A stretch of 61,605 nucleotides of DNA, counting the filler, from Sluysia triapertura (taxonomy: Eukaryota), in assembly GCA_046118255.1 (NCBI GenBank). It is 5 parts of 5 records of this genome, joined end to end, with 100 filler letters (N's around TTAATTAATTAA, not from the genome) between each part and the next. Parts side by side here need not be neighbours in the genome. Positions count along the whole stretch, not along the records: positions 27,754 to 38,583 come from JBJNIA010192894.1; positions 38,684 to 49,516 come from JBJNIA010192883.1; 3 more parts are not named here. One strand, 5' to 3'. A model generated the notes under the pieces. That model did not search any database and was not told where the DNA came from. It saw only the letters and a list, made by a program, of their open reading frames with translations. Positions 29,830 to 43,229 of the stretch are shown here, piece after piece. Each line of letters begins with the position of its first letter. The first letter of the stretch is position 1. A program made the position numbers and the translations under genes.

Positions 29830-30650
29830 ATCGGTTAATTCAAAGTCGTAAGAAATAACTTTGCCTTTTTCTTAAACTTTTCATAATATTCCAGTAATTT
29901 GACATTCTCTGGTATATTTTTGAAACATAAACGGTATATAAACTATAAACTATCCTATTATCACTGTTGATTCTGCATAGATTATTATGTATCAATGAAA
30001 TATTCATCTTTGTTTCAGATTTTTTGTTATTTCTAAGAGATATTCAGGGTTTGTAAATTATTGTCTTTTCTTTCAATTCTTTTCTTGTTTTTATTGGAAA
30101 CCATTGTAATTTCTTAATATAAGGTGTTACATGAGATCTTCTTCTCATTTGAAGAATTAGTGTTACTGCTTGATTAATTATTAATTGTAATTTTTTCACT
30201 TTTCTATACAAAACTGAGTATAATAAACCATTATTAAAATCTATGTTGCTAGTTATGAATGAATGAAAAATAAGTTTAGTTGTTTTTAATTAATAAATTT
30301 TCGAATGAGATATTTTATTTAATTGATATTTACACATTTTAACAATGCGATTAATATTTTCTTTCTGTTCATTTCGTACTTTTTGCTTCTCATCTAGTGT
30401 TTTACCACGCACAATTAACTTTGTTTTACTTATTCTGGTATTGTAGCTATTTTTATTAGTGAAGACTATAAATTATGGCTTTTCAGCTATTTATTTCCAA
30501 ATAATTATTTTAAAATAAACTTAATTATTGCTTATTTTTAATTAAAGTTTTAATTTTTATAATTGCAGGAGGTTGCAGAAACACGAAAACCATCTTTTAC
30601 ATAATAACATTCTTACATATATATGGTATGTTTTTGGTGAAAGTATTTAA
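29830..30650 (-). mobile_element. Decayed CR1/L2-group LINE, RT C-terminal region
   Basis: Minus-strand motifs INRIVKMCKYQLNKISH, KLIFHSFITSNIDFNNGLLY, KKLQLIINQAVTLI, RRRSHVTPYIKKLQWFPIKTR (L2 consensus-like SHITPVLKxLHWLP). Confidence 0.8.
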
Positions 30651-31974
30651 TTGAAAACTTATCTTATCAATAAATGATTTGGAATGTTATTAGTCCACCT
30701 AAGATCCTAGTCTTACACACTTAAGGGCTAGTTCGTATGATTTTAAAAATATTTTATCTTGGAAGAATTAGTAGATGCCGATTTTGATAACTGCAAAACT
30801 TTTAGAATAAATTTTTTTAATATTCATTATGTTTACTGAGTGCTATTTATATAGTAATTTTTCTATAACCTTATTTATAAGGTCGTACAAGGTGAAAACT
30901 AATTTTAAAATTTATTATTATAGAAATTTCGATTATACTTATCATTATTTTCTTATTAATCATATTATTAAAATTATGACAGAATCTTCGAATATTGTTT
31001 AATCCCTGAGATTGAGTATTGTAAGTGATTTTTACTTATTGAATTATTATGATTGATTTATAAATTAAAATTAATTGTGGTAAAAAGACTCGTTTATATT
31101 GAGTTAACTATTATTTGATCTCTCTGTGATACAGTTATCATATTTTGAAGTTTTATAATTATTTTTGTTAATTTAAAAATATAAAAATGTAAATCGAGTA
31201 GTCTAAAAAATAATGATTCATCAATTTTTTGTGTTGTGTACATGAAAAAGCTTGACAGGCCATAATATGAATTGTCCAAACTGTTATTGTCGATTTAATT
31301 TTCAATGACGATTTTAATGACCTGTGCGTTTGATTGTGAAATTTAGGAATGTTTGGATGATGAGAAAGTGTAAAATGGAATACCTAATAATTCTACAATA
31401 GCGGAAACAACGATTAATCCCAGGTGAAAATCCATGAATTTGGTAAAATTTTTGTTTCCTTACTCTTTATTAATTATAAAAATGTTCAACGATTATTTTT
31501 GGGGAATCCCTCTTTTCAGTTTTGGTTTACTGAATAGATTATCCGTTACTAACATTAACATGAAATTAGTTATTTAACATTGTTCTTTATAACAGTTTGA
31601 AAGTAGTGCCTTTGTTTCCTTCCTGGTTCCATTTCATTGTTCCTTTCTTTTCTTTTTATTATCTTTATGTGTATATTGTCGTGCCTTTCCATCTCTTGAT
31701 TTCTAAATTTTTAAAGTTCTTATAATTGTTAATCTTTTATTACTTAAATTAACCTTTACATTTGAAATACATTTTACAAAATACTGTTTGTAATTAAAGG
31801 AGAGGTTTAAAATAAAATTTTTGATGGAATTTGTCCAAATTGATACGTTTTAAAGATAATATTATACATTTAGAAAATTTGAAATAAAACTAAAGATACA
31901 GTTAAATTCCTTTATTGTAATAATCGTAAGTGTTTCCAAATTTAAATATTCATAGCAACAAATATTTTCAAAAC

Positions 31975-32615
31975 TTATTCCGATGGATTTTGTCTCCGCA
32001 AATATATCTCTTTCTCCAATGCTTTAGCAATGTCCGAATGAAATTTTCCTTCAGTATAATCAAAAAAACTTTGCAAAAATAATGGCTTATTTTCACTTTT
32101 TTCGTAGTCATAAGCTTGAATTATCATATCTAATCTGTCGAAATCTTTGCATATTTTTGCCTCTTCAGTTTCTTGCTTATTGTATTCCTAGAAAAAAATA
32201 CTTAAAACAAATTATAACAAACATTCCATAAGCTCATTATAGTTGTTTTCAAATTTACAGGTAAATCTAGACATATTTTGTGCATAGCATCAGTTTCCAT
32301 TTGTAACTTTTGTTCTCTGCTAATGCCACAATCTGGAGTTATGTCACCTACAATACATTCTGCAAGATCATGAACAATAGTCATTTTTAAAATTCGAACA
32401 AAATCAACGTCAATTTTTGATTTTAAACATAAATCAGGCAATATTAAAGCCATAATAGACATACGATACATGTGATCAGCAACACTTTCTGGATTTTTTA
32501 TTCCATGATTTTTCCAACCAGTGCGAACAGTTTCCTAACAATTATAAAAAAAATTAAAAAAATATACTTTCAAATTACCAATACATCGCAAAAATTGAAG
32601 CACCTGACTTATCAT
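31975..32615 (-). CDS. HDDC2: HD domain-containing protein 2 (5'-deoxynucleotidase HDDC2-like), 190 aa
   Basis: Exons 32615-32568, 32534-32223, 32187-31975; introns of 33 and 35 nt (GT-AG); motifs RTGW..PESVADHMYRM, VHDLAECIVGDITP, KDFDRLDMIIQAYDYE. Confidence 0.95.
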
Positions 32616-33469
32616 GGAATATAGTTTTAAATAAGTGCTATTTATATACGAATTATTTTAGATATAAAAATTTTAAATAATATTTCGTAATGTTCTATTA
32701 ATTTGTGAATTTGATAAAAGAGTAAAGTTCTTTTATTCAATTTTTTCAAAATTAAAGCTTTAACTCATATCTCAACATTTTTAGTTTTAGATACTGAAAA
32801 TCTCTATTAATTAAACATTTTTCTCTTTATGTTAAAATTAGAAATTAAAGTAAATTAAAATATTAATTCAATTGTAAAATCTTGACAAAATATGCGCATA
32901 TTTTATAAATTCGTCCAAGACTACATTTTATTCGTACAGATTTCAAATTTTTCTATTACACAAATATTTTAGCAGTTTGCGTAAATTATCAATATTGTGG
33001 AAACATTAAGCAGAATAAAAATATTTTATAATTTAGAAACAAAATATGAAAGTTTTGATATAGAAAAAGAAGCTAATATATCACGATCATTTTGGAAGAT
33101 CGATCAAACTATTTGCGTTACAGGAGATTCTATTCTAACTTATTCCATTAATATTTCTTTGGGTTTGTTTAAAGATGAAAGAGAGATAAAGATTATAACT
33201 TATAGTATAAGAATAAAGTAAGTATTATTGAAAAAATAATATGAAACATTAAGACGAATTGCATCAATGGAATATTTGCGCAAAAATATTTGAATTAAAG
33301 TAAAAGACAAAGGTAAAAAGAGAGAACCCTTTATAAGGCCTTGCATTTATTAATTTGTTTAGTTTAATAATTGTTTAAAATTGTATAAAAATTGTTTAGT
33401 TTAATAATTTCGTGAAAAATGTCTTTACCTGATAAAATAACATTAGAATTAGGGTGTAATGTTGAATTT

Positions 33470-33731
33470 CATCAGTATTGTTAATGCTGAAATGTTACGA
33501 AGCACATCAAAACAGATAACGTAAAAGTTAGTTATTTTAATTAGATTTATAATTTAAAATTAAATTATATATTTTGCAATGCCTAAGCATATTTAAAGTA
33601 TATATTAAATTGATACTCACTAAGATATGAATTCAGACTGGTTCTTGAAACCGATGTGCAACTTGCGTTGGACGCATGATGTATTATTTAAATGATTTTT
33701 ATGGAAAATAAATTTAGTATTTGATTAGTTT
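33470..33731 (+). repeat. Dispersed repeat family C, copy 2
   Basis: Matches 7750-8010. Confidence 0.7.
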
Positions 33732-35023
33732 TGTTAGACTTCATAAAATTGACTGACCGGGTATCGAACCAGGGCACCTTCGCAGAGCAGTTCAATGATG
33801 ATTAAAAAACATATATTAATATAAGAGTTTTAGTCTCTTCTTTATCTTTTTTTAGAGAAGGAATGTAATCTTCTTTCTTCTATTCAGGAACCTTGTAGGA
33901 CATGGTCGCGGTATGTGTTATTCGAGGACTCTACAGTTATTCGTACACACTGTGGTACCAGGGTCTTGATTTCGGTCTTGTGGAAACCAAATGCTTTGAG
34001 AAGCTAGTCATTCTAGGGATCCTATGAGCCCAAGGCTCCAACGACGAATGTATCCAGAGACATCTTGCACATCAGTTGTTCCTGTAGTTTGCCCTGAGAT
34101 CAGAATACTTCGCAATATTAGTGGTTCGGGCTATTTCTAATTTTTTCTTCAGATCCTTGGGAGTTTTGACATCAGTCAAGAACAGTTGCGATGAGGAAGT
34201 ACCGCGAGCCTGTATGTCAGGTTGTCGAGTGTCACCGATAATTGGTGTAGGCGAATCCTTGATGACCGAGAATCCCTTTTTGGTCATTTTGTCCGCTAGG
34301 TAATTAAGGGTTTTGTTGTGCCGGACTGTTCTGACTATGCTTGTGTGAGGATATAGACAGAACACGTGTAGAAGGGATTCATATTCGAAGCCACACCATC
34401 GACATGATATTGGCAGATGGAGACGTATGTTCTGTGGGCTGAAATTAAGACTAAGGATGTTGTTTCGGGCCTTGAACATAAACATCCATGCATTATTTTC
34501 CAGTTCAAGTGACAGGGATTTGTTGGAGAGTGGGTACTGCATGAGAGAGTCGACATAGATACCCTGGCACTTGAGAGACTTCCAGATATTGGTATTGCAA
34601 GTGCTGATCAGCTCGTACAGGTATTTGACGACTTTGTTCTTGTGGTAGTGATTAATGATGTTATCGCCAAGTATGTCCATCTTCAGTGATAGTTGGATAT
34701 TGTAGCTGTCAGAGCAGATGAATGAAGCAGTGATTCGGTACTTTCGTTCCAAGTGCTTGATAGAAGTTCGGATTTTCGACCACCAGGTTTGCAACCTAGC
34801 GCGCTTATCCGTAGGACTTCCATTGAGCCATGCGAGAGCTTGGGTAAGATTCACACAATTTCCATTCATCCGGCTGTTGGCTATCCGTATAACTTCCCGA
34901 TGTGCAGTGTGCGTATTATCGGTATATTGAATAGTCTACCCACTGAGCTATCAGTTCCGTCTAACAATTTTATTTTATTATACTCAATTATACTAAATGG
35001 CACTTTAGACCTTCACCCCAACA
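33732..35023 (-). mobile_element. Second copy of the tRNA-containing TG...CA element, split by a non-LTR retrotransposon
   Basis: 5' part 35023-34935 (TGTTGGGGTGAAGGTCTAAAGTGCCA..TGTTAGACGGAACTGATAGCTCAGTGGGTAGA); 3' part 33797-33732 (CATTGAACTGC..GGTTCGATACCCGGTCAGTCAATTTTATGAAGTCTAACA). Confidence 0.8.
33798..34934 (-). mobile_element. 5'-truncated RLE-type (R2/NeSL-like) non-LTR retrotransposon
   Basis: ORF 34869-34072, with frame open up to the 5' junction: CCHC knuckle CRWC..ESLLHVFC, RHN, QPDI..LTDVK, KY. Decayed continuation VVGALGS*DP..LLKAFG; higher GC than flanks. Confidence 0.9.
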
Positions 35024-37519
35024 TATCGTGACTGTCAGAAACACCGATACTCCGCAATTGCGTCTGGTCATTTTCGGCAATTTGTGCTTATTCCATTATA
35101 TTTAGATGAAGTATTATCGGATGTAAATTCTTCGTAAGAAAAAGGAGAAAAATAAAACGCAGATTTTAAAAGGCGATATCGGCGAACTAATCGTTATACT
35201 AGCACAATCGATTGTCATAGTTTATAAATATTAATAATACTATTTTAGATGTTACAGTTGTATAAAAATGTAAATAATACGTATGGAATATTTGCAGGTG
35301 AATTTATGATTGAGTGGAATTTGTTGGGTGGGAACAATTCATCAAGTGATCATCAAGTGATTGGAATTGACAATTGAAATTGATATTTATGTGATTGAAT
35401 AAAAATGAAATTGATATTTAACAATTAGTATTTTATTTGTTTTATTTATATTTAACTAAAATGATTGAAAATAATTTTAGTATTTTATCTATTTTATTTT
35501 TGTAAATTAATTATTAATATTATAAAAAAAATTTTTAATTATATTTAATAAAATTTTTAATAAAATTATTAGTAAAAAAATACTTAGCATTATTTTCAAT
35601 AAGAAAATATTAGAAAAAATTAATTGTTTAATTGAAGTAAACAAATATTAAAATTCAAGATGGAGGCAGGTAAATTTAATATAAATATTAACTATTTTCA
35701 GCGTAAAATCGCAGAAGAAGAAGGATTTTAAATTTTAGGAGTGAATTTTCTAGAAACCAGATAGAAATCAAAAAACCTATTTTCCATGCAAAATTTATTT
35801 TTTTATAAATAAGTTTTAACCGTATCCTAATTGTAATTAATAGGATTACTAAACTTTGACTTAAAATATTTTTCTTTATTGTCCGACCCTAAAAAGGCTG
35901 ACTTAATCTTATTCTTAAAATAAAACAGTCTAAGGAGGAAACCCCTAAGACTTAAAATATTATCGCTATTATAATTGTTTTATATTTTCTCTTTTTTGTA
36001 TACTTGTGTAGAATTGTATATGTGTTTCATTTACGCCTTATCAACCATTGATTATAATCAGACCGTAAGAAGGTTGTCTTAACATTTAAAATCAAAGTAT
36101 TTATTCGACAGAGTGTAAAAATGCTGTCTCAATTTACGAATTACCAGTATTTTTGAATATAAACTTACATAAAAATCTTGTTGGGTGTTTCTTTAGTAAG
36201 TTCATTATGTTATAAGTATAATTAGACCGTCATCAACTAGTGACGTAAATAGCCGAGTTCAGCTCCGGACGATACTTTTTGAAAGTAGGTTCTAACTAGG
36301 AAAGAACACTTGCACTTCTAATAATGTTGAATATAATTTTTATCACTTAATAAAATTGTTTTCATTATACAATAAAATTACATTTTTTGTCATTATTCTA
36401 TTGCTTTGTTCCGGTCTGCTATGTTATTATATTGTTATTATAATTTTATTTTTTCAATAGTTCGTTAACAATTTTCATTTTATTACAATAAATTATTTAA
36501 TTTCGTTATTGCTTATGTAACAATGGTTTATTTCAATTTTCCCCATAACAATGAATTATTCTAAATTTCAATTACTACTAACATTTAACATAAATTTTCG
36601 TTTTAGCATAATTAAATTATTATTAATTTTCATTTATTTTTATTTATTTAATGTTAATATTGTGTCATTTATTTTCATTTATTTAGTGATAATTAATATT
36701 AACATTATTATTAGTTTCATTATCATTTATTATCATTTATTATTGTCAGGGTATTTTAAATAATAAATGAATGTTATAATTCTTTTACTTTTATTTTATG
36801 AGTCCCCTACAATAATGGTCTTAGACAGATAAGGGCCAACTCGTAGGTGTCAGTGAAAAGATAAAATGCCCCGTAATTGGAACTGAGTTTGGAAGTCAAG
36901 AGAGAGGTTATTGGCAACTCTGTAAATTTATTAGCGAAAATATATATATATGCTATATTTTATACAATATTACGAGTATCTAATTTATTTAATACGTGAG
37001 AGATTGAAGGGTATAAAGGGTCTTAGTTTTATATAAAAAATCTACATAAAAATTATGTATAAACAAAATTATTTTAATAAACATACCGAAAATAAGTAAA
37101 CTTCTAAAAACGATTATATTTTTTACTTAAGTAGTAATGAAATAATAATTATTTTCAAAAATAATAATTCATCAAACAATTTTATTTATTAGTAATATTT
37201 AATTTTACAAAAGTCTGTTAAAAAAGGAATATTTCCGCTATGTTACTTACTTTTTTAAAACAGCTTATTATGTAACTAATATATATCAGCGTGAATATAA
37301 CTTTAAACTTATTCGGTGAACTAATTATTCTTCTGAATAAACTTATGAATAGGAATATTCCAAATATGAATGTTAAAAATATTTTAAAAGATTTCATGAG
37401 TTTCAAAATGTCTTTTAAATTACTGACAACAAATGTGAAAGACTAAACGCAACTCGTTGGAACAAATTTAATATGACTCATCGAAAGCAGTGGCGCTACA
37501 TAATTTGTTATTGTTTTAA

Positions 37520-37740
37520 CCCGTTCACTGCTCCACACGAATATATTCGTAAAAATAATATTTGTCTCATACGCTCCAAGCGAGTACTTTCGCATCATGT
37601 TTCTTGCTCAACACGACTATTTACGCCACATATTGCATACGGATGGAAATCTACGAGCTCAACACAAATAAACATGCAACCACTGAAATATTTCTACACA
37701 GCGGTCGCAAAATTTCAAAACGTGTTGCGCAGCGAAAGGG
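37520..37740. mobile_element. piggyBac-type MITE, copy 1
   Basis: TTAA-CCCGTTCACTGC...GCAGCGAAAGGG-TGAA; homologous to 47218-47439. Confidence 0.85.
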
Positions 37741-38421
37741 TGAAAAGAGTTTCTTCAATCAGATATATATAAAAATTATCGTTGTGATCACAAAAATGTA
37801 AAAAGTATAGCGATAGTGGTTGAAGTTGAACAGTGCGCTACGTATTTTTATATTATTGTGAGAAAAGTAAATAAATGTAAAAGTAATAGAATAAAATAAT
37901 TATCAAGATGAGTTCACTAACGTACTGGGCTTACCAGTGAGGGCCAGCCTTTGGATTTTATAAATCAAAGTAAAGTCTCAAGATATGTTAGTAAAACCTT
38001 AATGCTTAATCCTATCTGGAGGTGAGCTTTATTAATGTATATTGTAATGCTTAAAGGAATTTCTAAAAAAACTGAGGTTCTCTAATAGCTCTCTGTTATT
38101 TAAAAATAAAAATTAACTTGAAATGTATTCAATAATTTTACGTAAATTCCTTTGTCTGGAATCTTTATGTTGTAGGAGTTAAATTCTAGCTTTTTTGAAA
38201 ACAAATGAAACTTTTGAAAAAATGAAAGTTTTAGAAAATTGAAACTATAAAAATTAAATGACTAATTAATTACAAAAGACTTTATTATTAAATTATAGAA
38301 AAATTGAAAATATACAATCGTTAATAGTAATAATAATAAGTTTATATAAACTAACTGTCTTGAGTTAGTTTATTATTAAATATGAATTTTAAAAAATGAT
38401 TTTTCAACGGATCTACTATAT

Positions 38422-38485
38422 CAGGGATTCCCACTAATTTTTATTCGCGACCCAATTTGTGACTCGAATATTTGTGGCGACCTAA
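38422..38485 (+). mobile_element. Possible hAT/Charlie-like MITE terminus
   Basis: CAGGGATTCCCA..TTTT..CGCGACCC pattern; other end not seen (gap follows). Confidence 0.35.
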
Positions 38486-38583
38486 CAAAGAAACAAAATA
38501 TATTTAAAAAACTATTTTAATGAAAAAGCATGTTTTAGTTCGTTTTTTATGTATTTATTTTTATATGTAATACTAGGTTGTTT

Positions 38584-38683
38584 NNNNNNNNNNNNNNNNN
38601 NNNNNNNNNNNNNNNNNNNNNNNNNNNTTAATTAATTAANNNNNNNNNNNNNNNNNNNNNNNNNNNNNNNNNNNNNNNNNNNN
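38584..38683. other. Artificial assembly linker
   Basis: TTAATTAATTAA at 38628-38639 between 44-N runs. Confidence 0.95.
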
Positions 38684-39399
38684 GTCTCTGGTAACGAATT
38701 ACAGTGGCACACATATGTGCCGGCTGGTAGCGAACGAGTTAAATAAATTACAAATAAATGAAAAGTGCATTTTTTTGATACTGCACCGTTTATTTATGAC
38801 TAGATGGTACATTATTTCAATTATATTAACTCATTACTGGTCGATATTGAAAAATACAAAAAATTAAAATAGTATTAACAAACTGTAACTATTTTTACCG
38901 TAATTTTAATTTTAGATAAGTGAATACTGTAGTGAAGTAAAAAGCTTTTCAAATGCCATTCTTGAAAGAAATGACATCAAATTTGGGATATCATATTAAG
39001 GCATCATCAAATCTTAATTTTGCTTTTAATTGTACAATTGTCTACTTACGAAAAGTTTTGGATCGTTTAAAATCATTCAATATTGTAAAAGTTTCAAAAT
39101 GTCTAAATTTGTTATTCCCAAATAGAAAAAGAACTAATAATGTGCCGTTTGTGTCTTTATTTTAGAAATCAATTGAAATGCTTTATTTTTGAAATGCTCG
39201 GAATCAGAGACGGTCATTAAATAAATACTCATAATTTATCATGAATCTCTATTTTATTAGGCATAATCAGAAAGATAATAATAGTGTGTCTCATAAATAA
39301 TTTAATTCCAATAAAATAAATACAATGAAATCAAGAAATTAAAGGTCGCATGTCAGTAAATATAATTTGTTAAAAGATTTGACTATAGAAAATATTTTA

Positions 39400-39482
39400 G
39401 TGAAATCATTAGGAAAAGATTACTGAAGATAGCATGTGAAGGTCATAATGGTATTACATAATTTAACAAGAAATTAGAGACA
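39400..39482 (+). mobile_element. Gypsy integrase zinc-binding (H2C2) fragment
   Basis: IRKRLLKIACEGHNGIT*FNKKL resembles LRxxILxLAHEGHxGIxKMK. Confidence 0.45.
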
Positions 39483-40256
39483 TCTAATCGATTTTATTAC
39501 GAAGATTCCTTAACCGAAACAACATTAATATCAATAACTTTACCGGACTATTTCAACCGAAGATTACACGTACCATAAAACACGGATTAGACCGAGTATT
39601 ATTTGATGTCTATGATTTAGGAAATGATGTTGCTCAAACTGTGTTTAATTTAAGAGCTAAGATTAATTAAAATTTATGGTCGTAAAATTCGGCCTTTACA
39701 ATAGCAAAATACAGAGTAAACAGTTACTTTATAAATCTCTCAGGGGAATATCATGATGGAAAAGCGAATACTTTGGTGATAAAATTTGAGAATAAAGTCG
39801 AGTTATAAATGAAATTCTTATATACAAATTAAATTAATAAAATAATTAGTTTGAGAATTACGAATTCTTCCTCATTTATTATAAAATATCGTGGCATACG
39901 GTTAGTCAGTGCCAACAAAGGGATTTATGTCCAAATAGTTACTGAATATTTATAAGCAACAAATACTATTTATGTTAAAATAGTGATGATGATATGTGAT
40001 GATCATTATTATTAATAATAATTATTATATATGTGTTTATTGTTTTTATTATAATTATAATTATTTTACTCTTAGCAAATCGATTTGGTAGCTGATTTTG
40101 TATCCAAATCCTTTCTATAATAATGGCTCAAAATTTATGATTTCGTAATCAGACATCAAAAAATAGAAATAACCACATTGTTAATTAATGCAACCCTGAT
40201 CATGAAACGAACTGAATGAACACTTATTACAATAAAAAGTCAATATTTTATTTTTA

Positions 40257-40260
<4 letters not shown>

Positions 40261-40314
<54 letters not shown>
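40261..40314 (+). repeat. (TAT)n microsatellite
   Basis: About 18 units. Confidence 0.95.
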
Positions 40315-40316
<2 letters not shown>

Positions 40317-40492
40317 TAAATACATAAATATATTATTTAATACTTATTTTTAATAATTTATTCATTTCATATTGTTAGTGTCCTCTTTGGATTTTTTACC
40401 TAAAAATTAAATGTAGACTAGAGAAAGATAAATAACAAAAGAGTTAATTTTAAAACAAGAAATAACATTTTGTTTAATAAATTAAATCTAAC

Positions 40493-40568
40493 CTCATATG
40501 CATCTGAATCTTCAAAAATAGTAACAGTTAAAGAATCGTAATACACTTCTAACTTCAATAGCTGGCTT
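40493..40568 (-). CDS. 76-nt exon of a DEG/ENaC (ASIC/ENaC-like) sodium channel, pre-TM2 region
   Basis: TTTGCAG|...|GTTAGA; encodes (R)SQLLKLEVYYDSLTVTIFEDSDAYE. An upstream donor AAG|GTAAGT at 40983/40982 supplies the matching phase (..NRIR). Confidence 0.55.
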
Positions 40569-41743
40569 CTGCAAATAACAAATTATAATCGAAATTTATA
40601 ATATATTTTCTCAAATCTTAAAATCCAATCAAAAAATATTTATCTATATATGTGACTATAGAAATGTAGCAAAGAAAAATAAGAATATATCATAAATTAA
40701 ATTGAATTTAAATTTCGAGGTATGCATATTTCTTGGTTTAATAATTCTGGATATAGTGTATTGCTACTATTACGATATATCTTCTAAAATTGGTACTGTT
40801 GATACATAAATATTTATTTTATATTGAAATATTTAAATAGGAAGTTGGTTTGAACAGATATTCGCTAGTGCAGGATCGAGACATATGTATAGACATATTA
40901 TAAAATCAATCATTAATGATCATTGGAGTGAAAGATAAAATATGATAGGTTTATGATTCTCGAAATGAAATAAAACACTTACCTTATTCGATTTCTATTA
41001 TTCAATAATTTAAAATATGAAATGTATTTTCTTATGTATTTTATTACACCTACTTAGATGCTAAATCTAAAGTTCTCTAAAATTATACTTTTCTGGCCTT
41101 TATAGATCAGAAAAACTTCAAGTTTGAAATGAACTGTCGATCTGAATAAAGAATAATCTGATGGTGCAATATATAGATACTATAATACTTCATAATTACT
41201 TATTTCTGCAATTTTATGTTTGGTTTGAATTGAAGTACGTTGCTTTTAACATTGTACTGCAATAAGAATCAACTTCAAGATATTTAACCGTTATAAGAAA
41301 ATTAAAAGATTATGATACTGAAAGGAAAAAATTTCAAATATTATTATAAATTGAAGTAAACGCTATTTATACAAAAAATATATGTAATCATGCATTTCGT
41401 AAATTGTAAAAAACAAAGATATTCCTCAATAAAGTATATAAAAACCATAGCAATTAATATTACACTCCATAACTGAAATTCAAAATTTAGCCAAAGAAAT
41501 TCGAAAAGCAATAACATTGAAATAAAAGTTAAAATATTTAATCTTGATTAGATAATCAGTAAGACTATTTATTTATTAAATATAAATTAAAATACATACT
41601 GCACAATATTTCGAAGTTATCATAAAATCAATCCTACCGAATAAAATGATGAAACCAATGAAAAAGAAGGGACCAACACTTAATTTTATTTTGTTTCTAT
41701 TAACAACTAGACCGTACTTACCTATTTACTAGACCGTTATTAA

Positions 41744-42294
41744 CTCCTTAACGCACACTTTTTTTGGAAAAAACCGGCTAAACATACAAAACAATAAAAA
41801 TTTTTTTGTAATTTTGGATTTTGATCCACGTTGAAAATACGAGCCGAATATTGCAATCTTGCACGTACATCGACTTTTATTATATTCCTTTTCGAATTGC
41901 TGTTTCGAAAAAAACATATTTTTATCAGTAAAAATATTCATTTATACTTTTTCAACAGGAATAATAATAGTAGTATTTCTGCTGTACGGCGTATTTCGAA
42001 GCAAGATGCAGTACATAGCTTGTTACATAATTGTTGCACATGGAACGACTCTCTTTTATTTTCATTTTCCTTCGTTATTCCTTTTACCACAACATACCTA
42101 GAGGTATCTTGTGGGAGGTTCTTTTTTAGTGTTGCTGAAACAAAACTAGGAAAACAAGTTTTGTAAAATATATGAAACAATGGCCTTTATATAAATTCAC
42201 GAAATCTCAAAAGATAAAGATCAATAAAACGATCCCGCTCGAATTATCACGAGTGTACACACTCTGTCCTGTTTAGTGCGTGCATGTTAATGGG
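41744..42294. mobile_element. piggyBac-type non-autonomous element
   Basis: TTAA on both sides; imperfect TIR CTCCTTAAC / GTTAATGGG; subterminal GAGTGTACACACTC quasi-palindrome. Confidence 0.55.
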
Positions 42295-42974
42295 TTAAAT
42301 AATAATATAATTCGAAATATATAAGTTTATGAAGTATAAAGTGTTGAATAAATCAAAAGTAAATATATCAAGATTCAAAAATAATTCAAAATCTATCAAG
42401 GACGTTACTAAACATGATAATTACGTTATTATAATTTACAAAGATAAAAAGTAAATTATATAATGATACTAGTGTACCTCATGCATTACTCGGAGAAGAC
42501 ACTATTTCGATAAATATTTATCTTCAACGAATTATGAAATATATACTTGTGTAAAGATAAAGTCTTGTTAATAAAATTAAGCATATGTTTTCATGTTGTG
42601 ATTATGAAAATGACATTGTTTAAGTTTTCTACATGTTTCGAAATCTGGCGCTGGCTTGTGGGCTAACATCCACAACAACACGCTTCACTTTCATCATATG
42701 TCTTAAAAGGCTTCGCATTTTATTTCTCTTTCTTCAGTCACGTGTCAGAGAATGCTGCAGAAAACAATCAATTTACATTTTTTAAATACATTTTTAATTT
42801 AAATTTGTATAAATTAAAAATTTCCTAACGTAATCAAAGTAACTGCATCCATTCCTTTGAAATTAGGAATATTGCCTATTTTAGAAATTAATTCCCTCTA
42901 AATATAAATTCAATAATCAATATACATTGTGTAGTTATCACATACATTAATACTATTATTATTGTCAGAGCTAC

Positions 42975-43129
42975 NNNNNNNNNNNNNNNNNNNNNNNNNN
43001 NNNNNNNNNNNNNNNNNNNNNNNNNNNNNNNNNNNNNNNNNNNNNNNNNNNNNNNNNNNNNNNNNNNNNNNNNNNNNNNNNNNNNNNNNNNNNNNNNNNN
43101 NNNNNNNNNNNNNNNNNNNNNNNNNNNNN
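42975..43129. other. Assembly gap
   Basis: Run of N. Confidence 0.99.
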
Positions 43130-43229
43130 TTTAGGGTGGTCTCATATTTCTTATCTTTTTATAAAATACACAATTTAAGACATAACGCTTTTACCCACAA
43201 CAATAAACTGCAACAAAGAAGAAATGTTT

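Noticed and set aside
32997-33221. Exon divergent from HDDC2 ending at GTAAGT
   Set aside because: No in-frame acceptor or ATG start and no recognisable homology.
34121-35031. Plus-strand ORFs 34121-34303, 34718-34930 and 34753-35031
   Set aside because: Antisense shadows of the GC-richer RLE ORF.
37218-37406. Signal-anchor-like first exon followed by a 36-nt intron-like segment
   Set aside because: Downstream frame hits stops quickly; cannot be extended to a gene.
37473-37801. ORFs at 37473/37562, also 41729-42180 and 47192
   Set aside because: They fall within non-autonomous TTAA MITEs; no protein motifs.
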